From the NCBI RefSeq assembly GCF_009914755.1, contig NC_060937.1: 64,000 nucleotides of DNA. One strand, written 5' to 3'. Made by a program: the position numbers and the translations under genes. Below are positions 1-13,359 of the stretch, one piece after another. This DNA comes from the human T2T-CHM13v2.0 reference genome, Homo sapiens. Each line of letters begins with the position of its first letter. Position 1 is the first letter of the stretch. Under the pieces are notes generated by a model. That model ran no database searches, was not told the origin of the DNA, and worked only from the letters and a program-made list of their open reading frames with translations.

Positions 1-2229
1 TGGCATTTACAGATGAAAATGAACTATTAATCACTCTGAGCACTTTCTTACATAGTCTTTGCAACGAACTCACTTTGAATTTATACAACATCACTTTTTA
101 AATGCAAATAAAGCTTTCCAGTTTCCTAAAATGTCTTTCCCTCAATGGAAGGGATTAAAAGTTGGTATTCTCAGAGCTGCACACTCATGACAAGCTGATT
201 ACCAGTCTGTCCTTGCAGCAGTCACAGCCTGTAACAAGTAAGAGTTTGTAAATTCTAGCCACTCATTTTCCCATTTCACTGTCCATAGGAGCTAGTGAAA
301 AATGGAACTCTTCAATTCTACCCTTTTATGTCACTTCAAATAATAGCCAAATTCATTTCCCCCCACAGAATATAATTGAGATACAGGCAATGATTCCAAG
401 AAACACTGAACATTTTGTACAAGAGTCAAATCAGTTTCTCATTCTGTACTCCCACCAAATAAAAGCCTTTATGATTTTGTTACTTGCATGGGAAATGTTC
501 ACAGAGCACTGCCAAGTACAAGTGTACTCTCTTGTGTCCCGGTGGTTCTCTGTCACGATCTTTCCATTTACTGTGGTGTTACCATGACATTTTGATTCAT
601 TATACTTTGTTCAAGGACGCATAAACTGAAAGGCAAAATAAATCAAAAACATATACTTTTTTTCTCAAAGATGGTTATAATATGTACACAAAGGTAAAAT
701 ACATGTAAAATCAGAGCTTCTAAAAACAAATAAAAAATAAAATCAGTGCCCTCATTATTGGTATTTTAATTATTGAAGATGTTTGATTTGTTCTCCATCT
801 AAATAGAATATACCCCTTTCACCTAACACTTGAGGGCCTTAGTAGAGTTTTGGAGTTGAGTATGGCATTTCAATTAAAATATATCTGAAAGACAGATATT
901 TATAAAAAGTACAGATACCAAGAGATGATTTTGCCAAACATGTTCCTTCATTTTTAATTTTAGTATTGCCTTTAAAGTTTTACATTGGCATAAAGAATAT
1001 TATTCCTACTCCTTGGAGAAAAACAATTAAGAAGAAGGAGTTCTGGAGACATGGAAAATGTACTGGTTGTGTATCATTTAGGATCCTGAAATAGCATATA
1101 AGCAGAAAGCTACCCACAAGTCAGATTTCACTAAAGAAAACACTCGGGATATATTACTATATTCTCTTGGGTCTATAAAGAGACTCCTACAATTAACACT
1201 TAACAAAACTAATTTATTGAGAGAACTGAATCTCTCCAGGAAACATTTGGCCATTAACAGATTACACTGACTCTGATATGTTTTAGGAAAGATGAATATA
1301 GTCCAGGAATAGCAACATGAGCATTGGCTAAACCTACTGGGAGCAGGTCTTGAGATTTTTCACAGAAATAGGTGTTATAATTCACAGTTAAGTATCTGAA
1401 GATTAAAAGGATACATAAATTCTTAGAATATCTGACACACACAAAAATTACTTAATTAGAAATTACATTAATTTGTATCGTAGTTGCATAAATTCTTAAA
1501 AACTAAAATGGAGAGAAATTAACTATCTTTAAAAGAAAAATTATCCAATACATATCCTATTTAGTTCTTACAGTCATGATTCATTTTTTTAATTTAGGAT
1601 TTAAAATCTCATGAAATAACTTTAGATAAACTTAAGGGGAATTTGACCTAATTATATCTGATTAAGAATCTCTTCTACCAATGTTACTTAAAGTAACTCA
1701 TATAATCAGGTACTTTAAACTCTGGTAAAAGAAAGCCAGATTGTTTTAGAAGTTGTTACTTCTTTTTGTTAATATGAATCTGTGTCACTGACTTAAAGCT
1801 AATTAGCTTCTCTGGACTTATATATCCACTCAATTTTCTGCTAAAAAATTTATAGCTTTAAATAATTGGTATAAGCTTATAAGGTGATCCCCAAATCTTC
1901 TTTTCTCACTCTAAATATCAATGATCCTTCCCACCGCACACTGATTTGTTGTTTAATAATTCTATTCAACTTTCCTTATATTTCTCTAGATTGTAAATTT
2001 TACTTGTAAAGTGTTCTGCTAAAAACGAACAAAGCAAAATGCAGTGTCAGTGTTACTACTGTTCTTTTCTAAAACTCATAGTTGTTTCTCAAAGTAGTGT
2101 TTTACAAGATTATGTTCCACAAGTGACATTGGATGTGTTTGTGGGAAAACAGTTTTATGGTTATATATATATATGGAAAATACTGTGCTAACAGATTTAA
2201 ATAAAACAGAACTTGCAGAAAACTGTTAA

Positions 2230-2457
2230 CTATCTATGAGGTATCTAAAGCAGTCAAATTTACAGACACAGAAAGTGGAATGGTGGACATCAGGGTCTGG
2301 GAGAAGGGAGAAAAGGAGTTACTTTATGGGTAGGGCTTTAGATTTGCAAGATGCAAACGTTCTAGGGCTATTTTGTAACATTTTAATACTTGATACTACA
2401 AAATGTTTAACGAGATTTTTAAGGTAAATTTTATGTTATAAGTTTTTACCACAAAAA
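2230..2457 (+). mobile_element. Old L1M (L1MB-like) 3' UTR fragment
   Basis: Motifs 'gaggtatctaaagcagtcaaatttacagacacagaaagt' and 'ggtaaattttatgttata...taccacaaaaa' resemble L1MB 3' ends. Confidence 0.65.
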
Positions 2458-2819
2458 GTAACTTAATATTCAGTTTCACAATGTGATTTGCAATCCCCGT
2501 ATATGTTTGGAAGCATTGCTCAAACCAATTTGATTATCCAACCTTTTTGTGTTGTTTTGCTTTGTTTTGAGGAACACATTTTAACATCACAGAGTAATGT
2601 TACATGCAGCATATTTTGATTAAATATTTCCAGAGCTTCATTGCTAAAAATGATGAATGTAACAGTTCAAATTTACCCTGTAAGAGCCAAATTTATTTTC
2701 TGCTAACCTTTCATTCCCTCGTGGAGATAATTTAACCTAATTCTTACTTCAGAACCCACTTTAGCTTGTACTATCTGGAAGGCATAAGAATGTGCCTATT
2801 AAATATCCATCCAAATATT

Positions 2820-4812
2820 TAATCATATCAGAGCACTTGCTTGGTTGGTCCAGTAGCCTGAGTTACCCCACCCCTCCTGTGCAGAGATCTTGGATCAGGG
2901 GAGCCCTCCTTGCTTCATGCCCAGGCAGATCGCCAGGCATTCAGAGCACCTGCTCATTTGGTTCTGCGCCCTGAGCTGCCCCACCCTTCCTAGACATAGA
3001 TTATGGTGCAATGAGGCCCACTTCACTTCATGCTGAAGCAGATTTCCAGGTATTTGGAGCACCAGCTCACCTGGATCAGCAGCCTAAGCCACCTCACCCT
3101 TCCTGTGCAGAGATCCTCATGCAGGGTAGTGGCAGGGAGGGCCTCTCTGCTGCATGCCCAGGCTGATCTCCAGAGCACCTGCTCACCTGGTTCAGCAGTC
3201 TGAGTCACCCTATCCTTCCTGTGCAGAGATATTAGAGCAGAGGCCCCCTTTCTGCTCCATGCCCAGGGAGATTTCTAGGCATCTGGAGCACCCACTCTCC
3301 TGGATTAGGAGTTTACACTGACCTCACCCCTCTGCAGACAACTTGGAGCTGAGGTGGTTTCCCAGCTCCATGTCTCGGCACACATCTGGGCACTTGGTGG
3401 CTACCCACTAAATTCTTCCTTCGTGCTGGTGCCAGTGCTGATCATCAGGGTTGTATAGGCAGACCTGCCCAATTTAACCCTGCCCTTCATGGCCCCTCAA
3501 CCCATGGGCTGAGCAGGGAGCTCAGAGCACTATACATTCCACAAATGAGCCCATTGCCTGTGGTATCAGAGAGCTTCTGCCATTAAACAAGGATCAACTC
3601 TATACCCAGCCACATTGGCCACAGAGGCTCTTACCTATAAGCACCATCTACTGGCTTGTAGGTCAGACTCCACAGTCCCAAATGAACCCTGCCAAAAGAA
3701 GTACATAAGGTTACAGAAGCAAAGCCAAAAGACCCTACACAGTATTCTCTATAGTCACGCTCCCCTAGGGAGGAGGGAAAGGAACAAAAAAGTAATTATA
3801 ACAGTATAGGGAAAGAAAGAAGAAAACATCCTACGCATATGAAAATAATTACAAAAATTAGAAGTACCAGCATCTCCAGATGAGAAGAAACCAACGAGCT
3901 CAAGAAAGCTGGCTCCATGAAAAATCTGAATGCAGGGACACCACTATAGGAATACACGAGCGCTCCAGCAAGAGTCCCTAACCAAAATGGAAACTCAGAA
4001 ATGATAGACAAAGCACTCAAAGCATGGATTGCAAGAAAGCTCAATGAGATCCAACACAAGGTTGAAAATCAATGTAAAGAAGAGTCTAAAGCAACCCAGG
4101 AAGTGAAGGAGGAGATAAACATCTTAAAAAATCACTCAGAGCTTCTAGAATTGAAAATCTCACTTAAGGAATTTCAAAATACAAGGAAAAAAGAATTTTA
4201 GAGCTTAAACATAAGTCTTTTGAACAAACCCAGACAAAAAGAAAAAAGAAAGAAATGAAAGACATCTTCAAGAAGTATGAAAGCATGTAAAGCGATCAAA
4301 GAAAATGAATCATTCTATCAAAAAGACACATACACTTGGATGTTCATCACAGTGCTATTCACAATAGCAAAGACAGGGAATCAACCTAGGTACCCATTAA
4401 CAGTGAACTGGATAAGGGAAATGTGGTACATATTCACCATGGACTACTATGCAGCCATAAAAAAGAATGAAATCATGTCCTTTGCAGCAACGTGGTGGCA
4501 CTGGAGGCCATTATTCTAACCAAATTATTTCAGTAACAGAAAAACCACATACCATATGTTTTCACCTATAAGTGGGAGCTAAACACTGCTTACTCATGGA
4601 CCTAAGATGGGAGCAATAGACACAGGGACTAATAGTGGTGGGAGGGAGGAAGGGGGACAAAGGTTGAAAACCTAACTGCTGGGGACTCTGCTCACTATTT
4701 GGGTAATGAGAACCTTTGTATCCCAAACTCAGCATCATACAATATACCCAGGTAACAAACCTGCACATGTACTCTCTCAATCCAAAAGTTGGAAAAAAGT
4801 AAAAAAATAAAA
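2820..4812 (+). mobile_element. L1 (L1PB/late L1PA-type): 5' UTR, ORF1 start fused to ORF2 end and 3' UTR (internally deleted)
   Basis: GC-richer 5' UTR with ~110-bp repeats; ORF1-like peptide 4001-4201 (WIARKLNEIQHKVENQ); ORF2 C-terminus in ORF 4277-4519 (KDTYTWMFITVLFTIAK...NWIREMWYIFTMDYYAAIKKNEIMSFAATW); 3' UTR 'ggtaacaaacctgcacatgtac' and A-rich tail. Confidence 0.9.
2829..3345 (+). repeat. About five degenerate ~110-115-bp tandem units within the L1 5' UTR
   Basis: Recurring 'gagcac..gct...cagcctgag...cccttcctgtgcagagat' anchors near 2876, 2987, 3102, 3218 and 3331. Confidence 0.7.
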
Positions 4813-5005
4813 ATTAGCTGGGCCTGGTGGCATGAACCTGTAGTCCCAGCTGCTCGAGAGGCTTAGGTAGGAGCTCAATCCCAGGAGTTTGAGGCTGCAC
4901 TGAGCTATGATTATACATACCAATGCACTCAAGCCTGCAGGACAGAACACAACCCTGTCTCTAAAAATAAATAAATGAATAAATATATAAATAAATAAAT
5001 AAAAA
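4811..5005 (+). mobile_element. Alu right monomer (FRAM/AluJ-like) with (TAAA)n tail
   Basis: 'aaaattagctgggcctggtggcatgaacctgtagtcccagct...gaggctgcactgagctatga...ccctgtctctaaaaataaataa'. Confidence 0.85.
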
Positions 5006-6289
5006 CATATTAAAAAATGAATATTTAATTATAAATACAATGTATAATAAGATCTAGATTAAAAACAAAATTCTGTGTATCTTGCTTCAGACTTCTTCCT
5101 CAATTGCTTTTATTTTATAAAATAACATTACATTGTTTCCTTTATTCTCTTTCAGAGTATATTATTCCATATATGCTATAGATGATAAGAAAGTTTCAAA
5201 TACAATGTCGAAAGCACATCATACCATATGAGGCCATCTCTTGCTCTGTCTATTGGCCAGATATAAAATAAATATTATTCACTTTGTTGGTCTTTACTTA
5301 ATAACTCAATTAAAACTAATTATTGTCTAATTACATGTAAATTATTTAAAAACTAATAAAGAATTCTCTAATTTTTATTATAATGTCACTAAATAACATA
5401 ACAATTCAATCTCCTAGGGAGAAAAATTATGTAAATATCTTAAAAGAATGGATACATAAATATGTCCAATTGAATATCACAAAATAAGACTGACTTTGTC
5501 AACAAATTCAGTTATTTACAAAGCAATTACACCAGGAAAGAGTGTGGCACACTTTCTTTTACATTATCAATGTATGCTGGCAGTCCACAATTGACCCTGA
5601 TATGGAAAGATATTTATATTTATAATGTTATTACAAACTTTTGTTTGTTTGATGGATCACCTGTACCATAATGCAACTTAAATAACATACCAACGTGTAA
5701 AACTTAAAATATTCCACAAAGCCACTGTTTTCTAGAAAATCATATTTTGAAGTTTTTATTTCGAATGTAAATTCTCTACCATTTGTTTTACCTGCATAAA
5801 TCATGAATTCACGTTGTCTTTTTAGTCATACATTTGTAAAACCCACAATGTATTTAAACAGACTGATGAATATTAGAAAATATATTAGTCATGATCTTTC
5901 AAAAAAGTTGTTAGAATCTGTAATGTGTTTCATTTGTGCATAAAATTCTATCTTTTCTCTGGCTTTTTGTGTGTTTGGATAAAAATTAAATTTCATATTT
6001 TCTTTTTAATAAAGAGAGTTAAAAAATTCAATTATAATTCATTACTACAGAGCATATTTTTCTATTCAGAGTTTTCCCTCTATAGTTCCTACTTGCAATA
6101 TTTGTAGCTTCTGCAATTGTGATTTGGTTATTTCTAGTTGTAATAAAATGGTATAATTCTCTATCCATATGAAAGATTGTATTTCTATCCAGCTTACAAT
6201 TAAATTAAAAATGTTCTTTACTTTATTATATTAGCCTCCAATATGAATAAGAAAAATTGTAAACCTATGTAGGCTGATTTCTTATTTCA

Positions 6290-7405
6290 AGTTTTATTTT
6301 ATTTTTATTGACATAAGTTATTAGTGTACTACAATGTGATGTATGTGTGTATATGTTGTTTAATGATTAAATTAGAGTAAGTAGCAAATTCACCACCTCA
6401 AGCATTTATCATGTTATTGAGGTGAGAACATTCAAAATCCCCTTTACTAGCTATTTTGAAATATGCAATATATTATTGTTAACTGTAGTCACCCTACTGT
6501 ACAGTAGAATACTAGAACTTGTTCCTACTCATTTTAACTTTGTACCCATTGACCAGCCTGTTCCCATATGTCCCTCCCCGCTGTGCCTTCCAGTCTTTAG
6601 TAACCACTATTTTATTTTTTACTTCTATGAGATCATTTTTAGCTCCCACATATGAGTGAGATCATGCAATATTTATCTTTCTGTGCTTGGCTTATTTTAC
6701 GTAAGATAGTATATCCCAAGATTATCCATGTTGTGACAAATGACAACATTTTATTTTTTAATAGCTGAAAAATATTTCATTGTGTATATATATCACATTT
6801 TTTAATCCATTAACCCACTGATAAACATTTATGTTGATTCCATACATTGGCTATTGTAAATAGTGCTGTAATAAACATGGGTGCACAGATACCACTGTGA
6901 CATACTGATTTCATTTTCTTTGTATATATAGCCAGTAGTGGAACTGCTGGATCAGAAGATAGTTCTATTTTTAGTTTGTTCAGGAACCTCTGTACTGTTG
7001 TTCATAACAGCTGTACTAATTTACATATTTCCACCAAAAGTGTGAAAGGGTTCTCTTCTCCACATCCTTGCCAAAAATTACCTTTTGTTTGCTGCATAAA
7101 AGCCATTTCAGTATTTCATTGTGGTTTTCATTTCTCTGATGATTGGTGATGTTGAGCATTTTTTTTCATATACTTGTTGGCCATTTGTGTGTCTTCTTTT
7201 GAGAAATATATATTCATTTCTTATTCCCATTTTTTAAATAAGATTATTTGTTTTTGTTTTTGATTTTTGGTATTGAATTGCAGTTCCTTATAAATTCTGC
7301 ATGTTAAGCCTTTGTCAGATGTATGGTTTGCAAATATTTTCTTCTATTCTTTAGATTGTCTCTTCACTCTGTTTATTATTTTCTTTGCTGTTCAGAAGCT
7401 TTTGT
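6290..7405 (-). mobile_element. L1MA 3' end and ORF2 C-terminal fragment
   Basis: T-rich head, 'ggtgagaacattcaaaatc', 'tatgagtgagatcatgcaatatttatctttctgtgcttggc', 'ggccatttgtgtgtcttcttttgagaaat'. Confidence 0.9.
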
Positions 7406-8454
7406 GTGCTGATTTCTGATTGTGGCTTTTTCAGTTAAGTGTTGTATTTATTCTTGCCAACCTCAACAAACAGAGAAGAAGCACAATGAAAAATAAGACT
7501 GCATCTGCCTTCTTTCAGGCCATTCAATTTATGAGGCATTGAAACATAGATATTTGAAAAGTATGGAACACTCATTTTACAAATGTCCATCTACAATTAT
7601 GCTCAGCTTGTTCAGGCAGGTGAATGTGGAAATTCTGTTATAAAACACCAGATCAATCTCCCTCTTTCCCTGATGAAATTTGAAATGGAATATTATAAGT
7701 AGTTCAACTTTATTATATCTTTTGCAAATATTAATTATATGTTCAGTGTCATATAATGTGGCAGGAGGTAATGAAGTTGTAACATAATTATTAATCATCT
7801 TGAAGTATAAGAGGCATATTTTTCAGCTGTTACACTCATTGATAGAGATGATGGAAATAATTTCCCTCTTTATGTTCACCTGTATTGCAGCAACTTAAAT
7901 AGACTGAAGTCCCCCACCTTCACCCAGAGATGCTTAATATTTTCCAGTTTTTCTTAGTATCTTTATTAGGCAAGGCTGGATTTCTTTTCAATTTTGCTCC
8001 ATGTGTTGAAGCATTGCTGACCTTCACTTTATAGGTTGTAAGCAGCAACTGCAAAAGGTACCTGTAAAATTAATCAATCTGTCAATCAATACTCACCAAA
8101 TAATTGTTTTTAGAACTCTGCGAAAATACTGTTAAAAACACCCTGTTATATCAATCATCATTAAGAATAATCATTATGCAAAAGATACAGCTAGGCCCTT
8201 TTTGTTACCAATGAGCCTGTCCTAAAACACAAAAGAGAAAAATCATTGCTATTTGCATTTTTTGAGATCCCTATGAAAAAGCACCTAATTATCCTTCACC
8301 TAACAACTAAATTCAAATACATAATTGTAGCAAGAATTGAACTGATTAAATGTTTAATTAAATAAGGTGAAATTAGAGTGTAAATGCAGGGTAGGTTCTA
8401 TCATATATACAGTATTAATAATTGAGCATAGAACATGGCCACTTTTGGCTTATG

Positions 8455-8924
8455 GTATAATTATCTACTGCTGTGAAACAAATCAACTAAACCCTTGTTG
8501 GCTTAAAAATATATTAATTTTGCACACAAATCTGCAATTTGGACAAGGTCCACCTGGGTAGCTCTTCATTTCTCCACATAGTGTCCGCTGGAGCAGCTCA
8601 AAAGGAGCTAGAGAATTCACTCCCAAGATGGCTCACACACATGGATGGCAAATCATTGGTGGTAGCTTCTTTTCCCCATATGGACTTCTTCATGGGGCCA
8701 ATTGGTCTTCCTTGTACCTGGGTTTTAAGTGCAAACATCTAAAGGGACATAACATGAAAGATGCCAGCTTCTTAAGGTCTGAACTTGTAAAGTATCTAGT
8801 GTCACTCTTGATTTTACAAAGCATTACAAAGTCCAGATTTGAGAATTCAAGTCAAGGCATCATAGATTCTACTCTTGATGAGTTGGGAATAAAGAAAAGG
8901 GGAGCCATCTTTTTAAATTGCCAC
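8455..8924 (-). mobile_element. MLT1-type MaLR LTR
   Basis: 'tatctactgctgtgaaacaaatca', 'tcccaagatggctcacacacatgg', ends 'gccatctttttaaattgccac'. Confidence 0.7.
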
Positions 8925-9411
8925 TTAAATTTTTCATTAACATACTTCTCTTAACAACTGCATTAAGTTCCAGAATACTAACTGTGATCTTTTGTTAACA
9001 AATGTATTATCAAAGATATTGCTGAGACTTTCTCCAATTTATAGGTATAGAGTCCTAATGCTTAGGTTGGTGATGTGATTTTACTCGTTTGATCAGTTAC
9101 TTTGCCAGTGGACAAGTACTGACCTAGAATAAATTAATCAGAGCCTGTCTTCTAAGAATTTGGAATAGGGTCTGAGAAACCATTAATCATCTCTGAAAGT
9201 GGATTGATTTTGAATTATATAAACTCAGGAATTTTGAGTTTATATCAGTTTATGTTTTAGCCTACATCAAATATGTGCATACAATAAAAGGAAAATCAGC
9301 TTAAAGAAAAAGAAAGAAGTGAATCAAACACTGCCTATGGTAGAAAAAATAAATGAGAAAGAGATAAGCTTCCCAGAGACTTGAGTGCTGATCATATTTA
9401 GGTTCCATTTT

Positions 9412-9640
9412 CTCAGTCATTTATGCATCACTTTATACCTACTTAATCTTCCTCCAGGCCAGACCCTGGAGATACCATAGTGAACAAAAAAGACAATGTT
9501 CCCACTTCCAGGGACTCTACTAAAAACAACAGAAATAATAAACAAAATAGCAAGATTAATATATAAAGAAATATGATACTTTCATATAAGGATAAGTCTT
9601 AGGTTTGGAGATAAGTTTTTCAGCTAGACTATTTAGGGAT
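9412..9640 (-). mobile_element. L2 fragment
   Basis: 'ccaggccagaccctggagataccatagtgaacaaaaaagacaatgttcccacttcc' resembles the L2 3' end. Confidence 0.55.
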
Positions 9641-9989
9641 GGCCATTAATTTCATGGTTAGCAGCATATTCTACATGAACGTCATGCTCACTAAATAATC
9701 ATAATTTTTATTATAGCTTCTTGATAAAATCTGTCATCAACTCTGCAATGCAGATCAGCAGTAATTATACTGATTCAATGATAAATTTTCAAGCTAAGGA
9801 CTGAAATGATTAAAAAGAGCTTTAGTTTCAAAGTTCTGCTAATGTGTATGACATAATAATATAATTTTTCATTTTTCTCTGCTTTTTTTTGATTAAAAAG
9901 ATACTGTGCAAGCAAAAAGTATGTTTAAGAGATGGGATAGGAGGATCATAGAACACCTATATTTGCTAATTGGCCTTATCCAAAGGAAA

Positions 9990-10750
9990 GCAAATATTAA
10001 TAAGTTCCTGACAGGAGATAGTTTCACAATTTGAAGAAAGGTGCCTGAAATCAGGCTTCTACCCTCCCATAGAAATTAGGAGACAGAGGTACTGTATTAG
10101 TCAGTTTTCATGCTACTAATAAAGACATACCCGAGAGTGGGTGATTTATAAAGAAAAGAGGTTTAAAGGACTTGCAGTTCCACATGTCTGGGGAGGCCTA
10201 ACAATCATGGCAGAAGACAAAGGAAGAAAAAAGGGACGTCTAACATGGCGGCAGGCAAGAGAGCTTGGGCAGAGGAAATCCCCATTATAAAACCACCAGA
10301 TCTCATGAGACTTATTCACTATCATGAGAACAGCATGGGAAAGACCTGCTCCCATGATTCAATTACCTCCCACCAGGTCCCTTCCGCAATGCATGGGAAT
10401 TATGGGAATGACAATTCAAGACGAGATTTGGGTGTGAACATAGCAAAACCATATCAGGCACTATCCTATTTGATGGTTACATTTCAAAGGGATTACTCTC
10501 AGGTCCTTGAGAAAGACATTCCTGAATTGTAAAATTGTCAAGAACTTTTTAAAAAGACTTGCCTCTGAAAGGAGCAGAGAAAGAATTTCTAAAGTAAATG
10601 CTCTACGGAAACAGAGGTCAGTAGCCTGTCTGTTTAAGTCATCTCCATTCTGTAAGGTTGGAGGTGATAGTAAAGTCAGGGGCCTAGAGTCAGGAAGAAA
10701 CCTGTCTGAAGTTAGGCCAAACTGAGGGAAATGTCCAGGCCACCATTGTC
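9990..10750. mobile_element. Old ERV1 (MER4-group-like) LTR interrupted by a THE1 LTR
   Basis: 'acatttcaaagggattactctcaggtccttgagaaagacattcctg' and 'ggggcctagagtcaggaagaa'; sequence continues on both sides of the THE1. Confidence 0.5.
10093..10456 (-). mobile_element. THE1 solo LTR (MaLR)
   Basis: 'tgtattagtcagttttcatgctactaataaagacatacccgag' to 'aaaccatatca'; 5-bp TSD ggtac/ggcac. Confidence 0.93.
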
Positions 10751-10962
10751 GATAGGTTATCATAAAATAAGAATAGTTAGGGTTTCATGAATGGGATAGT
10801 TAGACTGATTGACAATTACAGCATTATAAATATTTATTATAAATACACATATTTGACATAAATGCATATATAATATAGTATTATATGTATAGTACAGAGT
10901 ATAATGTAGTGTTATCCATATAATCTAATATACATATATGAGCATCATTAAGTGTACATAGT

Positions 10963-11375
10963 TGTATTAGTCCTTTGTGTTGCTATAAAGCTGGGTAATT
11001 GATAAAGAAATTAGGTTTATTTGGCTCTCAATTCTGCTGTACAAGATGTATGGCACCAGCATTTGCATCTTATGAGGACCTCCAACTGCTGCCTTTCATG
11101 GTGGAAGGCAAAGGGGAGCTGGTAATTCCAGAGGTCAGGTGGTGAGAAAGCCAGCAGGAGAGAGTGGGAGGCAGTCAGTCTTTTTTAAAATGAGCTCTCA
11201 CAGGAACTAATATAGCAAAAACTCACTCCCCTACTCTCAGGAAGGGCATTAACCTGTTCATAAGGGGTCAACCCCCATGGGATTAGGTCAACCCCCTAAT
11301 CCCATTAGGTCCTAACTTCACTATTGGGGAATCACATTTCAACATGAGATTTGGAGGGGAATTCAAACAATAGCA
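10963..11375 (-). mobile_element. MST solo LTR (MSTB-like)
   Basis: 'tgtattagtcctttgtgttgctataaag' to 'catttcaacatgagatttggagggg...aaacaatagca'. Confidence 0.85.
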
Positions 11376-11531
11376 ACAATGTATTTTTATGCTACAAATA
11401 AATATATATATATATGTATATAATATTAAAGAAAGTTTCACTAATAAAATTTTTCCTTCATTTTCCAGTTCTTGTCTTACATATTTTACAGAGTTTAATT
11501 CCTGTCATACTTAACATCACCTTATAAAGAG

Positions 11532-11873
11532 CAATCATCCATCAGTATCCATGGGGAATTAGTTCCAGGACTCTGCATGGATACCAAAATTCATGGATGC
11601 TCAAGTTCCTTATATAAAATAGTGTAGTATTTGCATATAACCTATGCACATCCTCTTACATATTTCTAATCATCTTTAGATTACTTATAATACCTAATGC
11701 AATGTCAATGCTATGAAAAGAGTTGTTTTGCCATATTGTTTAAGGAATAATTAGAAGAAATGAAGAAGCCTGTACATGTTCAGTACAGTCCTAACCATCC
11801 ACTTTTAAAAATAATGTTTTTGTCTATGGCTGAGTCCATGGAAGCAGAACCCATGAATACATAGGGCTACCTT
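11532..11873. mobile_element. MER2 DNA transposon (Tigger family MITE)
   Basis: 'cagtatccatggggaattagttccaggac...ggataccaaaattcatggatgctcaagttccttatataaaat' and a matching inverted end 'aacccatgaatac'. Confidence 0.85.
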
Positions 11874-12274
11874 GTAAATATTATTACACTTACTTTAAAG
11901 AGAGAAAACTGTGGATTAGAATAGTTAATGTAATACCCATGGACAAATAGCATATAAATGATAGAAACAGGTAATCATAATAGAAGTATCTTACTCTTAA
12001 CAAAAACAACTATAACAAAGGTAAATTTTACTTATATTAAATATAGAAGCAAAACAATAAATTTAGATATTTGAGAATAAAAATCTAAAAATTTTATTTA
12101 TTTAAAAATATTAAAAAATTTACAGGGCTTTTTTGTAATACATACACAGTTTATAATGTGGATTTGGTTTGCTGATCAAATCCCAGATTCAAGTGTCACA
12201 ATGATGAGGGGTCCAGGCTACCTGACCCATTTTTTTTCTTTTACACAGTAACAACTTGGTTAGCAGTTAAGGTT

Positions 12275-13359
12275 TGTTGTGGGAAGTCAGGGACCCCAAA
12301 CAGAGGGACTGGCTGGAGCCGTGGCAGAGGAACATAAATTGTGAAGATTTCATGGACATTTATCAGTTCCCAAATAATACTTTTATAATTTCTTATGCCT
12401 GTCTTTAGTTTAATCTCTTAATCCTGTTATCTTTGTAAGCTGAGGATGTACGTCACCTCAGGACCACTGTGATAATTGTGTTAACTGTACAAATTGATTG
12501 TAAAACTTGTGTTTGAACAATGTGAAATCCGTGCACCTTGAAAAAGAACAGAATAACAGCAATTTTTAGGGAACAAGGAAAGACAACCATAAGGTCTGAC
12601 TGCCTGTGGGGTTGCGCAAAAAGAGCCATATTTTTCTTCTTGCAGAGAGTCTATAAATGGACATGCAAGTACAGAAGATAGCGCTAAATTCTTTTCCTAG
12701 CAAGGAATATTAATATTAATACCCTGGGGAAGTAATGCATTCCTCGGGGGAGGTCTATAAATGGCCACTCTGGGAGTGTCTGTCTTATGCAGTTGAGATA
12801 AGGACTGAGATACGCCCTGGTCTCCTGCAGTACCCTCAGCCTTACTAGGGTGGGGAAAAACTCTGCCCTGGTAAATTTGTGGTCAGACCAATTCTCTGCT
12901 CTCGAACCCTGTTTTCTGTTATTTAAGATGTTTATCAAGACAATATGTGCACTGCTGAGCATAGACCCTTATCAGTAGTTCTGCTTTTGCCCTTTGCCTT
13001 GTGAACTTTGTTGGGCCCTTATTGGTAGTTCTGCTTTTGCCCTTTGTACTGTTTCCTCAGAAGCATGTGATCTTTGTTAAACTCTTACTAGTAGTTCTGC
13101 TTTTTGCCCTTTGAAGCATGTGATCTTTGTACCTACGCCCTGTTCTTACACCCCCTCCCCTTTTGAAACCCTTAATAAAAACTTGCTGGTCTGAGACTCA
13201 GGCGGGCATCACAGTCCTACTGATATGTGAAGTCACCCCCAGCAGCCCAGCTGTAAAATTCCTCTCTTTGTACTGTCTCTCTTTATTTCTCAGCCGGCTG
13301 ACACTTACGGAAAATAGAAAGAACTTACATTGAAATATTGGGGGTGGGTTCCCCCAGTA
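12275..13359 (+). mobile_element. MER11 (HERV-K11/HML-8) solo LTR, full length
   Basis: Starts 'tgttgtgggaagtcagggacccc', ends 'gggttcccccagta'; perfect 6-bp TSD aaggtt (12269-12274, 13360-13365); AATAAA near 13174; internal ~50-bp repeats 12965-13130. Confidence 0.93.

Noticed and set aside
2829-3345. ~110-bp repeat array as a CRISPR-like or novel array
   Set aside because: Whole units are degenerate copies with no unique spacers and lie in an L1 5' UTR, where such repeats are typical.
10498-10508. Third occurrence of ctcaggtcctt, matching the STARP1 TSD core
   Set aside because: It lies 37 kb away inside an LTR; treated as a chance 11-mer match.
12965-13130. ~50-bp tandem repeats
   Set aside because: Intrinsic to MER11 LTRs.
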